From: Cyanidioschyzon merolae
Taxonomy: Eukaryota
Length of the DNA stretch: 64,000 bases
NCBI GenBank assembly: GCA_000091205.1
Contig: AP006502.2
Strand: one strand, 5' to 3'
The first letter of the stretch is position 1. Each line of letters begins with the position of its first letter. Of the stretch, positions 54,315 through 64,000 are shown piece after piece. Position numbers and translations under genes: made by a program. The notes beneath the pieces were generated by a model, which saw only the letters and a program-made list of their open reading frames with translations, was not told the origin of the DNA and searched no databases.

Positions 54315-57300
54315 CAAAAGTTTTTTACCAAAAGGAATGTATCGTAAAGACAAAAGTCAGAGTGTTCGCGAAAGAGCCTTATGCTGTGTCTGCTAGATAG
54401 CAGAAATTGGCCTCACATGTGTTGGTCAGTCGTTGTCGGGTCAGCAGCAGCATGATCCCCGCTAATTTCAGTCCTTATTCTGAACATTGATCACTCAAAA
54501 CAGCATGTATCAAACGTGTTCCACGCGACCGTCTCCTTGTCAATCACTTCCATTGCATACGTTCGCCAGGAAATGCAGTCAGACAAGCCACCAGGTGTGA
54601 GAATTTCATATCCTAATTCTCTACGGTGATCAAGGGACACGGGTTGGCAGCGAATGCAGCACTGATACCGCAGAACATCCCGTGTTGAAAAACCCACCAA
54701 CTTTTTTTCGAACTACGACGCGAACTATTATTATGAAAGGACCATGTGTTCCTCTCACTCGATTACATGTCATTTGGACGAGCTGCTAGACCTCGATACG
54801 GCCAGTTAAATCAAGGCAAACCCATGTTTGTCAAGAAGAGACAAGCGAGCATTCGGACAACACCAGCCCTGGCAGTGTTCGAATCATGCGGTCGCCTGCA
54901 AATCGCCAAACGAACAGGGTCGTTCAGCACCTCTTCCTTCTTCGGAACATGCTTCGTGGCTTCTGCTTCCGCAATCTTCTGCCCTGGTCGTAGACAAGGT
55001 CGCTTTGCATCACCATAAAGCGGCAAAGGAGTATCCTGATAGGATAGGCTTTGAGCTGCTCTTCGTGCGACGCCATGCTCTCTGGTTCAGTCCCATTCAA
55101 GGCATGCGTATTGATGGCATACGCCTCTTCTGGTCTCGCGGATCACTAAACGGGGCCTATGCATCCGTGACACCGAAATATGCAATATAAAATATAGGAC
55201 TGCGAAGTTGCTTACTCATGCAAGTCTCGTCGAACTCCGTTCGCTTTGATGCACCTCGTCAAGCAACGATGAACAGCCGTTCCAGAGGCCCGACTGCCAG
55301 CGGCCCCATTCCTCAGAATACTTTCCATCAGACGCCCGTGCGACTACACATCTGATGCTCGGGACAGGAGATGCAAGCGGTCTGGTCATTGGATCAGCAC
55401 TTTGAACACGCACTTCCCAGAAAACCCTGACGCCTCGCTGCGACACCACGGCGATCGATAGACCCACAGCGCAGGTGCTCTGGAATCTCATGCCAACCTC
55501 GAGCCGAAAATCAAATGTTAATGAAAGACGAGCGCTTCGCATGGAGCGCCATGTGGGCGTCAGATCCTCGTCTTACTTGCCCAAACAAGTGGAGACAACT
55601 CGGAGCGGCGCCTCTGGTGTGGATCGAGGCAAATGACCAGTTGGTGTGAAAGAAATAAAAGTGGCAGCGACCTTGGGCGAGAGATGTCGCAACGAGAGTG
55701 CGCGTCGCTTCAGATCGTCTACGCCCGTGTGCTGCTCTCTGCTTCGCAATGATGGATGCCGTATTCCGAGAATAGATGAAATCTGGTGCCTGCTTTGCTT
55801 GCATTTTCCGCTACGGTATTTTCGTGGACCGAACCCGCCAGAAAGAAAGCAGATCCAAGCTCTCTATGCCTACGTCCTCGCTTTCTGAGGCAGTTGTTCA
55901 AAATGATCCCCTCTTTGCCAGACCGGGGCCCATTCGATTCCCGTCGACACTTGTTCCCTGTAATGTACACCCTGCTCCTTGGGGTGCTTCCGGTCTACAC
56001 AACCAAGTATGACGCGATCGAATCAATCCACATAGAGCATCGGCGCAGCTGGTTCAAAGTCTCTGGTTTACAGGGAGGAAATCGGAACCAGTCTACAACG
56101 ACGACAGAAACCGATGTCATTTCCATCTGCATGCATTTTGTTGTGAAACCTAGGCCTAACTCGACCAACGATACCCATTTTTTAACCGCTCAAGCCCGAT
56201 ACAGGGAAAAGCTTCGATAGATACGCGTGGATCCTGAGTTTCGGAACATCACACCCGCTACCGAGCGCTTCATAATCCAGGAAGTAGCCTAGGACACGGA
56301 CGGAAAGCAGATCAAGTTGTTCGACTTTTCCAAAACTCGATATTTCCCGAGTTGCCGCTCGACTGTAACGCGCGGAGGCGTACCAACAGGTGAACTGGCG
56401 GCGTCAGAGCCCAGCTCAACGCCCTGAGCACCGTTTCGAGCGGACACGGATGTTGTACGATTCATTCATACTGTACGTGGGCGTCCAAATGGCTCATGTC
56501 GATGACTTATGGCAGAAGGATATGCACTTGCGCTGGTGTCGGGAACGATCCCGGCTGTACGGAGGCAGCTAGCGTGTATCCACCGACTTTTCAATGCGTT
56601 GGAAACGCGTATGACCGATATGGCGCGTCGTTCGGTGGTGGCATCTTGCGCTGGACCTGTCGCAGAGCACAACGTCTGCAATCGTGCTCCTTCGACCAAC
56701 GTGTGCAACAAGCGTGCGGGCCGATTCTGCACGACTTTTATCGATGCGTCTAGAATGACATGACACACATCACGAACTTTTGTGCGCGAAGACGCTTTTA
56801 GAAATGAAGAGCGTGAAATAGCGCCGGATGCATGAGACGATGTATAGGGCAGGCTGGCCGAACCTCAGATGGCGAGGCACTCGTATATGAGAGGCTCGGT
56901 ATGGTGGGGCTTCACAGGCAACAACGCTTGCCAGTAGGTTCTCAACGGAAACTCTAATGCTTCGGTGAACATCTGGAAATATCTCGTGCTTTCGAAGAGA
57001 TTCGGGCGGGTTCGTATCTAGCGAACGTTCCAGGTAAGCATATAATGCGAGCGCGGGCACGATGCTGAGACGCTGAAGACGTGCGATGACAAAATTTATC
57101 CAGCCAGGAGACAGGGACAGAGAACACTGGATTCTTGCCTGGTGCGACGCACTCTAGCGGCACGTCTCAGCAATCCAGAACGGCTCTAACGCCGCGTATA
57201 TACAACGGGAAATGTTGTCCTTGGCAATTGGTGTGAATGATTACGGCGTTTCGTTATTCAGCATTACCAAATATATCCTATCTGATTCCAAATACATGTC

Positions 57301-57351
57301 ATCATCGGAGCGATCGTGAAAGTGGATGCGTTTCCGCATTTTACCGTATGG

Positions 57352-58248
57352 CTAGAACTGCGTAGGGTACGTCGGTGCTTCGCCAGGCAGCGCAGACTCG
57401 AACGCACCAGCAGACGCTTCCCAGCTCGAAACAGCGGCTTCATGCGGGACTGCTGCGGCGCTCCACTCCGTTGGGCCAACAGCGTATGCACCCATCGTCA
57501 TCATCTCGCCAAAGTTTCCCCCAGAGAACATATCAGCTGGACCGGGAACCGTAGATGCTGCTGCTGCCGCCGCCGCAATCGCTGCTGCCTCCGCCTCTCG
57601 TGCTGCCGCGGCCGCTTCTTCCTCCTTCTTCACTTCTTCAATATCTCGGTAGAAGAAGAGGTCCACCATAACATCCCAGTCGCCAGTTGCGGGAATTTCA
57701 CCGCGCAGGCGCAACACCTGCCGACAAAGCAGGTACCACATCAGTGCGATGCTCGCCCTGGACTTGTTATTGCACGGAATCGCGACGTCGATCAGCTGTA
57801 AAGGCGAGTCTGTATCACAAAACGCAATCGTGGGGATATTCGCATAGGCCGCTTCCCGCACAGGCTGTGCGTCTACGCGTGGATCAGTGACGATCAACAA
57901 ACGCGGTTCAGTGAAACGCCGCTCCATCTGGTTCGTAAGCTGACCCGGCGTCCAGCGGCCTGCGCAAGCTGTCGCACCTGTATACTGCGCGAACTTGAGC
58001 ACCGCTCGCTGCCCATACGGCCTCGCCGACACGGCCACCACGTCTGCCGGCGTGTCCACTGCTGCAACTATTCGTGCTGCAAGTTGCAGTTTCTCCCAGG
58101 TTTTCGAGAGGTCAAAAATATGCACACCGTCCGCTCTCCGCTTAAATACATATGGAGACACGAGACAGTCACAGTTTTTCGTACCAAGGTGCGTGTTGCA
58201 CGCGAGCATTTTCGCAATGTCGTCTTGACGCGAGGCTAGCGTCGCCAT
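57352..58248 (-). CDS. RPSA: 40S ribosomal protein SA (uS2)
   Basis: '[18 protein letters not shown]...[26 protein letters not shown]...[24 protein letters not shown]...[12 protein letters not shown]' is collinear with RPSA. Start at ATG 58246-58248, because the track start is GTG. Confidence 0.85.
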   Translation of the reverse strand: MATLASRQDDIAKMLACNTHLGTKNCDCLVSPYVFKRRADGVHIFDLSKTWEKLQLAARIVAAVDTPADVVAVSARPYGQRAVLKFAQYTGATACAGRWTPGQLTNQMERRFTEPRLLIVTDPRVDAQPVREAAYANIPTIAFCDTDSPLQLIDVAIPCNNKSRASIALMWYLLCRQVLRLRGEIPATGDWDVMVDLFFYRDIEEVKKEEEAAAAAREAEAAAIAAAAAAASTVPGPADMFSGGNFGEMMTMGAYAVGPTEWSAAAVPHEAAVSSWEASAGAFESALPGEAPTYPTQF

Positions 58249-58622
58249 TTTGCGTGTTCCTCGCAGCGGCCGCCCCGACGTTCCAGTCACCGCAGAAACC
58301 GAAGATGTCCTAGAGAAGAGACGTGTGGTGCTGCGCTGATCAGCGCTAGAGTAAGCACCTTTTTACCGATTTATCCTCTGTTGGCAAGTGAGCACGCTTT
58401 AGAGGATGCTGTCCAGTGCACGTACGCACCCGCGTCTACACCCAGCGACTTGGGAAACGCTGCCCCGATGAGCCTGGCTCATGTGGCTGGTCAAGAGCGG
58501 CCGCGCTCAGGGACGCCCGCCGCGACGCAGAAAAACTGTATAAAAAGGACATAACATGTCACGTGACCCACGAGTTTTGCCTTCTGAGGCACGGCAGGCG
58601 TGTCCGTTTCGCTTTGAGCTGT

Positions 58623-59717
58623 ATGCGTCAGAGGTACCGGGTGGCAGTGCGAAACGCTCGATTCTTGCACCTACTTGTCCTGTTTGGGGTGTTTGTTGTG
58701 TCGTTAGCGATTTTATATGCGTCTTCTTTGACGCAGTTAGACGCTGGGAAGCAGGATACACGTTCTGCTGTAGCAGAAGCAGCGCGTGCCCAGCAGCGAC
58801 TTGTTCGACTGTACCGCAAAGCACTTTCGTTGGACGATCCCACGCACTGTACGTTCATCATAGGTGTGGGCCTGCAGCCGAGAGGACAAGACTTGCGCGG
58901 TCTTTTCCAGCATTTTGGTGCCGGCCGCTGGTTTCGGAAACCTCGCGTGTACTATTATGGCGGGCTCAGCGCGGATGCGCTTCGACTTGCCCACGGAGCG
59001 CGTCGTCGTGCTTCCCGGAGCGATATCCTATTTTCTCGTCCGGAGCGTGATGGCGCTATCGACGGCGTGATAGGCTGTGCTGTATCGCACCTGCTTGCTG
59101 TACGCAGCGCTCTGCAGCGCGGCTGCAAAACAGCGTTGTTTTTGGAAGATGACACATCTCTGGGCCTTGTGCGCTACTGGGACAAGCCCGTGGCGGCCGC
59201 TATTCACGATTATGCCTCTGATGAGTATCCGGTGCTACAAATGGAGCTCAAACTCCGTTCCTTTCTGGAACGGGGCGATTCGGGAGCGCTCGGTCTCGAG
59301 CACCTTCCCGTTCGATGCGGTTGGCGCCACACTGTGCCGCACCGCTTCAAAGTAACGTATGGAACGGGTGCCTACGGCATGTTGCGTACTGGCATGGAGC
59401 GGACGCTACAGCGTTTCACTGCCAATGAGGCGTTCGCAGGACGTGCTCGTGCCTCCCATCTGGGACCGGTTGATGTGTCCAAGGTCATTGCGGCAGGCGG
59501 TCACGCCGACGTTTACGTGATTTTGAACGCGACAACGACGAAAGTGCTCTGGCCTCCGTACTTTCACGAAGCGTTCGACTCAAAAAGTATCGTTCGACCC
59601 CGAGAGGGACGCGGAAACTCCCACCAGCCCCAGCACATCGCCTCTGCTAGATACGCAATCAAGGCGAATATGCGCTGGGCGGAGGCTTGTCGAGAGTACG
59701 TCCTCGAAAATGAATAG
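58623..59717 (+). CDS. Glycosyltransferase family 25-like protein, type II membrane topology
   Basis: 'GVIGCAVSHLLAVRSALQRGCKTALFLEDDTSL' matches the GT25 core GxxGCxxSHxxxwxxxxxxxxxxxLVFEDD. N-terminal signal anchor 'FLHLLVLFGVFVVSLAILY' follows the first ATG at 58623. Confidence 0.55.
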   Translation: MRQRYRVAVRNARFLHLLVLFGVFVVSLAILYASSLTQLDAGKQDTRSAVAEAARAQQRLVRLYRKALSLDDPTHCTFIIGVGLQPRGQDLRGLFQHFGAGRWFRKPRVYYYGGLSADALRLAHGARRRASRSDILFSRPERDGAIDGVIGCAVSHLLAVRSALQRGCKTALFLEDDTSLGLVRYWDKPVAAAIHDYASDEYPVLQMELKLRSFLERGDSGALGLEHLPVRCGWRHTVPHRFKVTYGTGAYGMLRTGMERTLQRFTANEAFAGRARASHLGPVDVSKVIAAGGHADVYVILNATTTKVLWPPYFHEAFDSKSIVRPREGRGNSHQPQHIASARYAIKANMRWAEACREYVLENE

Positions 59718-60343
59718 TGTATTTTTGTACAACAATCAAGCTGGTGACTCGAAAAACAAAACTAGACAAGACGGTGAACGGTGCCGCCCGATGATGTCGA
59801 CGACCGAACGCGGGCACTGCACCCGTCCCGAAGCTCGCGACGCCAGCTCTTGCGCATAGGAAGAAGCGTGCGAAACATTCATGTATCTGGGTGACGAGAT
59901 CACGTTGGAAGAGCAGCTCATGATTCGCAAAACATCGCCTGCTCGAGTTCGAACAGGATACTGCGCGCGGTTTCCGATGCACAGCGCTTTTGGGACCGGA
60001 GCCGAACGTACAACTGCATCATCAGATAGCTCTGGGAACCGTGGTGAACGGATCGCTTTCTACGTTTAGAGGCGCTGCCAATAGCACAGCATAAAACCAA
60101 AATCGGCTGAGGACACTCGACCTGCGCATGCCACGCATCTAGCAGGGTTGTTCACTGGCTCGCATCGAGCGCACTAAAGGCTTCTCGTGCGATACGTGCT
60201 TCGAGCAAGCCTCGAGCACGCTTTTCGACTCTCGTTCCGGTGAGATTTCCACCAGCGTGGGTGCTTGCATAGAAGCATCCCTCTACATGATATCCACAGC
60301 GGACACGCACATCTAGAAAACAGAGACATTGGCTCAGTGTTTT

Positions 60344-61588
60344 CTAGGAGAGCTCTTCCATAATTGCATCCATTTTTTCGATGACTGCAGCTGTGAACTG
60401 TTTCGTGGTCGCCTTGCCGCCCATGTCAGGAGTGCGTATATCCGTCTCCTGGTACACTGACATCACCGCGTCCTGAATAAAATCGGCGAAATCAAACATT
60501 TTCAGGTAACGCAACATCATGACGCCAGCGAGGATCGTTGCGGTCGGGTTCGCGATTCCCCGCCCCGAGATGCCCTTGCCAGCGTGTCGCACGCCCTGCT
60601 CGAACATGGCACCACTAGGGCCGATATTTGCGCCGGGAAACAGCCCCGTGCCGCCACCTAGACTTGTCGCTACGCTACCAACGATGTTTCCGTAAAGGTT
60701 CGGCAACAGTACAACGTCGAATTGCTCGGGGTTGCTCACCATTCGCATACAGGTCGCATCAACAATCATGCTTTCAAACTCGATAAAAGGATACTTGGAA
60801 GCAACATGTCGTGCGCATTCCAAAAAGAGACCATCCGCCGACTTGAGAATATTTGCCTTGTGAACACAAGTCACTTTCTTACGGTTATTTCGCATCGCAT
60901 AACGAAACGCGTACTCCGCAATGCGCAACGAGTGCTCCTCGGTCACAATCTTGAGCGACTCCACCACACCGTCGACGGCCGAGTGCTCGAGACCGCTGTA
61001 CTCCCCTTCCGTATTCTCTCGAACTAGAACAATGTCGATATCGTCGTATTTGGCCTTGACGCCCGGCATCGGGAACACGTGAACCACGTTCGCGAAGAGA
61101 TCGAATCCCCGCCTCAGGAGGATATTGATCGATGTGCCCTTGAAACCATAAGGTGTGTGAAAGGGTCCTTTCATCACTAGTCGATTTCGATTTACTGCAT
61201 CAATCACGGATGCTGGCAAGCCCTTCTCTGGCTCGGGAATATGATAGGTCTCGAACTCGACGGGTACATGTGCGGCCTCGAAAACCGCTACCAAAGCCTC
61301 CATGCACTCGGGCCCGATACCCTCGCCCGGCAGCATCGTTATCAGTTTCGTGTCGCCGACAGCAGTTGCCGCTGGATACACGTTATAGACATCGCCGTCG
61401 ATCGACGTTGGCGAGATAATCGGCGAGCCCTGCCGAAGCGCCGGTGACACAAAGCGACGTACGTCGGTGATATCGTGGCCCTGCGCTGAGCCACTCACAA
61501 ATCTACGCAAAAACTGCCCTCGACACAAAGTGTCCAGCGTGCACTTTCGAAAACACGTCGCAGCTTGACGAAGAAGTGTGTGCACCAT
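60344..61588 (-). CDS. NAD-dependent isocitrate dehydrogenase subunit (IDH3-like; isocitrate/isopropylmalate dehydrogenase family) with N-terminal presequence
   Basis: 'KLITMLPGEGIGPE' substrate-binding loop and 'NLYGNIVGSVATSLGGGTGLFPGANIG' family signature. ATG start. Confidence 0.7.
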   Translation of the reverse strand: MVHTLLRQAATCFRKCTLDTLCRGQFLRRFVSGSAQGHDITDVRRFVSPALRQGSPIISPTSIDGDVYNVYPAATAVGDTKLITMLPGEGIGPECMEALVAVFEAAHVPVEFETYHIPEPEKGLPASVIDAVNRNRLVMKGPFHTPYGFKGTSINILLRRGFDLFANVVHVFPMPGVKAKYDDIDIVLVRENTEGEYSGLEHSAVDGVVESLKIVTEEHSLRIAEYAFRYAMRNNRKKVTCVHKANILKSADGLFLECARHVASKYPFIEFESMIVDATCMRMVSNPEQFDVVLLPNLYGNIVGSVATSLGGGTGLFPGANIGPSGAMFEQGVRHAGKGISGRGIANPTATILAGVMMLRYLKMFDFADFIQDAVMSVYQETDIRTPDMGGKATTKQFTAAVIEKMDAIMEELS

Positions 61589-62462
61589 TGCCCTTGGGTA
61601 CAGGAAAAAGACCCGATCGCAACTGACCCGTGGTACGCTTTGTCGCGCTCGCCGGGGTTCGACGCTCGCACCAGCTTCGACTCAGCACGGACGCAGAACT
61701 CGTAGAGTCTCTCCCGAGACTGTTTTGACGGTGCTCTGAATTAGCGGATCAGGGTTCGTTGGCTTCGATTAGGGGAAAATCTGCCACTTGATCCCGTTCT
61801 AGAAAAGCGAACGCGAACGCGCTACCACCGTTGTGCACCAATAGGCACGGGGTGGCGTTCGAGCATGCCGTCCCGGGCGTTGCAACGTTCGCCGATAATG
61901 TGTCAAACTTTGTTGGCGCTTTTTCTTACCAGGAAAGTCAACGAAAAATGGATACCCAGGGTGGTTTTTAAAAGTAGGGCCAAATCAGTGAGCTATTTGC
62001 GATAGCTGACCCTTGTGCTGGAAGTCTGGAAGAACACTTGCAGTTAGAGGCCGGGTCGTCTTCGAACAACTGTGAGAAATATGCATCGTTAAGCGACACG
62101 CTACAGAGAACGCTGGGAACCGCGTCAGTGTGCACCTGTACCTCTTTACTGTACAAGGCCTCAGCAACGTTGATGCAAGCCCTGATGAAGAGCTTGCTCG
62201 CTTTCGTCTACGCGTTTCACGGTCGTTCGAATGTTCGGAAATGGTCTGTGCGTTCACCCCGGACGCGGATTCCGTTGTAACCGTGATATGTTCTGGAAAG
62301 AAGGGACGCGACGAACTGGTGGCGGGCGCGTCTTCTTTTCTCTTTGCTATGATAAACGGAAACTGGAGCAACGAAAACCCAGGCGATCCGTTTCCAGCTT
62401 GTACTCGTTCTCTTCAGTACATTAGTGTTCGCCTGCACTGCATCTAGGTTTACAAAAAACGA

Positions 62463-63024
62463 AACAGTGAACTGCTCGTTCCGGTCCTGTATTTCCATTT
62501 GTTTCCGATCTTGTTCTTGATAAACAGCCTCAACAACCGTACAAGTGCAGTCAGGGCTTTCAGATTCATAGGTCGTTTGAGGTTGGTCGGTTGTCTGTTC
62601 AGAGAGGCGCTTTCAACGCACTGACGCTGGGATTCCCTATACCACCGGTATCAGGATGACTCGCGCCACTGCTGAACAGGGGTTCGTAAGAAACCGGACA
62701 CCATGATCGAAATCGAACGTGCAAGCCGCCAATCTTTTAATCTTCTTACGTGTGGCGTGCTTGGCTCACGCATGCTTCTAACTATCGATGTCTCCGTTTC
62801 GAAGCAACTCGTGAGCGCAACGAGCCACGCCAGTGACTGGACGACGAAAAAACTCGGCATCATTCTCTGACGACTCGGTTGCAAGCTCACGCCGAAAGTT
62901 CACGGAAAGTTTCACGTCGAAGAATCGACTTCGCCCGGAGCAGAAATCCTCCTCGCTTTGTGGCCATCGATGAAACGGCATTCGACGGCACTAGCATCTC
63001 GATGCCTCTCAGGGGGTATGCTCC
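62463..63024 (+). repeat. ~570-bp dispersed direct repeat, copy B
   Basis: See copy A. Same orientation, 8.1 kb downstream. Confidence 0.85.
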
Positions 63025-64000
63025 AAGAGGCTCCCCGTCTCTTCTATTTGCATGGAAATGGATTTTGGACTCGGACATGAGTCACCTACGTAATCCATTC
63101 CAATGCAGAGTGCGTCTCCGCTCTACATACACGTAGCGTAGACGGACCGAAATCTCTCGACGTTCTCTCGGGCCTGGATTTTGCCTCCAGTACCTGTATC
63201 ATCATGGAGAACGTCGTGTTCCCACGATTCTCTACCGAATCTATAAAGCATGTGCGTGCTCTTCGATCTGATATACTGCTCGCCTGAAAGGATGTCCCAG
63301 ATGAAGCGCGTGATCTTCACGTTCGGCACCGGGAGCTGCTACGGAGGTAGAACATTCAGGCAAGCCTTCTGGAGCCGTCGAGGACACGTGCCGAGCATTG
63401 AAGCAAACGCTCACGCAGCACACGTCAGCGCTAAGAGGAACTGGTTTGGCAGGCACGTATCGAACACCTGACCACAGCCAAATGTCACCACTGCAAAGAA
63501 GGGCACATCGAGCCTGCGTCCAAAGAAAATGAACAAGTAGATGCCGTGCATCGATCCCGACTAACTTCTATCCATGAAATGCGATGACCACATCGTAAAC
63601 AGGAAACTCGGGCTATGAGCACTGCAATCCCAATCCCTGGACTGTTGACATCGTATCTGAAGCGAAAGGAGCGACCTGCCGACTGAACGCCGAACTTCAG
63701 AGAAACGGGAAAAGATCGCAATCGCGGGACGATTCCGCAACAACAGGCGCTCGTGACAAATAGAAGAGACCCAAACTTTCATGCAAATATCCTTGTTAGA
63801 CGACACGTTCCATTTTACGCTGACACAGGTGTAGCATCATACATCGGAACCCTACACGGACACGGTCAGAGTGCATACGCATCCAGGCGTGTGTCGCCAC
63901 CGTGCCTAATGGTATCGTGATTTTACAGGGCATTGAGAAACCCGTCGACATCATTTGCCGCTGCCGCTTCCTCAAGGCGTGCTACGTTCGCCTTGGGACG

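Noticed and set aside
53744-63024. The 570-bp direct repeats as LTRs of an LTR retrotransposon
   Set aside because: The 8-kb interior encodes RPSA, a GT25 glycosyltransferase and IDH3-like dehydrogenase, with no gag/pol-like ORFs. The repeats lack TG..CA termini.
1-64000. Possibility that the TnpB-like ORFs come from bacterial contamination or that the contig is prokaryotic
   Set aside because: Neighbouring genes are unmistakably eukaryotic (eS17, uS2, LSm1, DRAP1-like histone fold, SFT2, zf-HIT), some with N-terminal presequences. Copy 2 needs a GT-AG intron to be read through. GC and repeat content are uniform across the junctions.

Overview
This 64-kb window reads as compact eukaryotic nuclear DNA of about 54% GC. 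Roughly 30 genes are packed at about one per 2 kb on both strands. Most are long single-exon ORFs, and at least one short (53-nt) GT-AG intron is present. Recognisable housekeeping genes are: cystathionine gamma-lyase, an RluA pseudouridine synthase, LSm1, a MetAP1 with a long N-terminal extension, a DRAP1/NC2-alpha-like histone-fold protein, a zf-HIT protein, eS17, uS2 (RPSA), an IDH3-like NAD-isocitrate dehydrogenase, TrmB/Trm8, an SFT2 protein, a START-domain protein, a LYR-motif protein, a HAD phosphatase, an organelle-type RimP, a GT25 glycosyltransferase, and an alpha/beta hydrolase. The ORF track admits GTG/TTG starts, so I moved several gene starts to the first in-frame ATG that fits family-typical N-termini.

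The most interesting content is a family of TnpB/Fanzor-like (IS605 OrfB-type RuvC fold) ORFs in three copies. Copy 1 is at 1-1076 (+), truncated by the window edge and degenerate. Copy 3 is at about 39077-40470 (-) and carries in-frame stops. Copy 2 is at 42167-43695 (+), apparently intact, and is spliced across a 53-nt intron. All three show RuvC-III-like 'DxNAAINI' motifs and a 'TS' motif, and copy 1 has a RuvC-II-like 'ILENL'. Copy 2 has substitutions at the RuvC-I and RuvC-II catalytic positions (GIDLG to GANPG; E to Y). No copy has the canonical CxxC...CxxC zinc finger. The 3'-terminal ~70 nt of the ORF is almost identical at the DNA level between copies 2 and 3.

Other non-housekeeping content is: a degenerate ~0.5-kb repeat module in two copies, one abutting Fanzor-like copy 2; a low-GC, three-member ORFan paralog family (21.4-22.0 kb, 29.8-30.5 kb, 50.0-50.5 kb) with a hydrophobic N-terminus and a conserved 3'-UTR element; a 97%-identical ~570-bp direct repeat pair bracketing the RPSA-GT25-IDH3 block; and several simple repeats. 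I did not recognise any rRNA or tRNA. I cannot assign the organism from sequence alone; a compact protist or algal genome is plausible.
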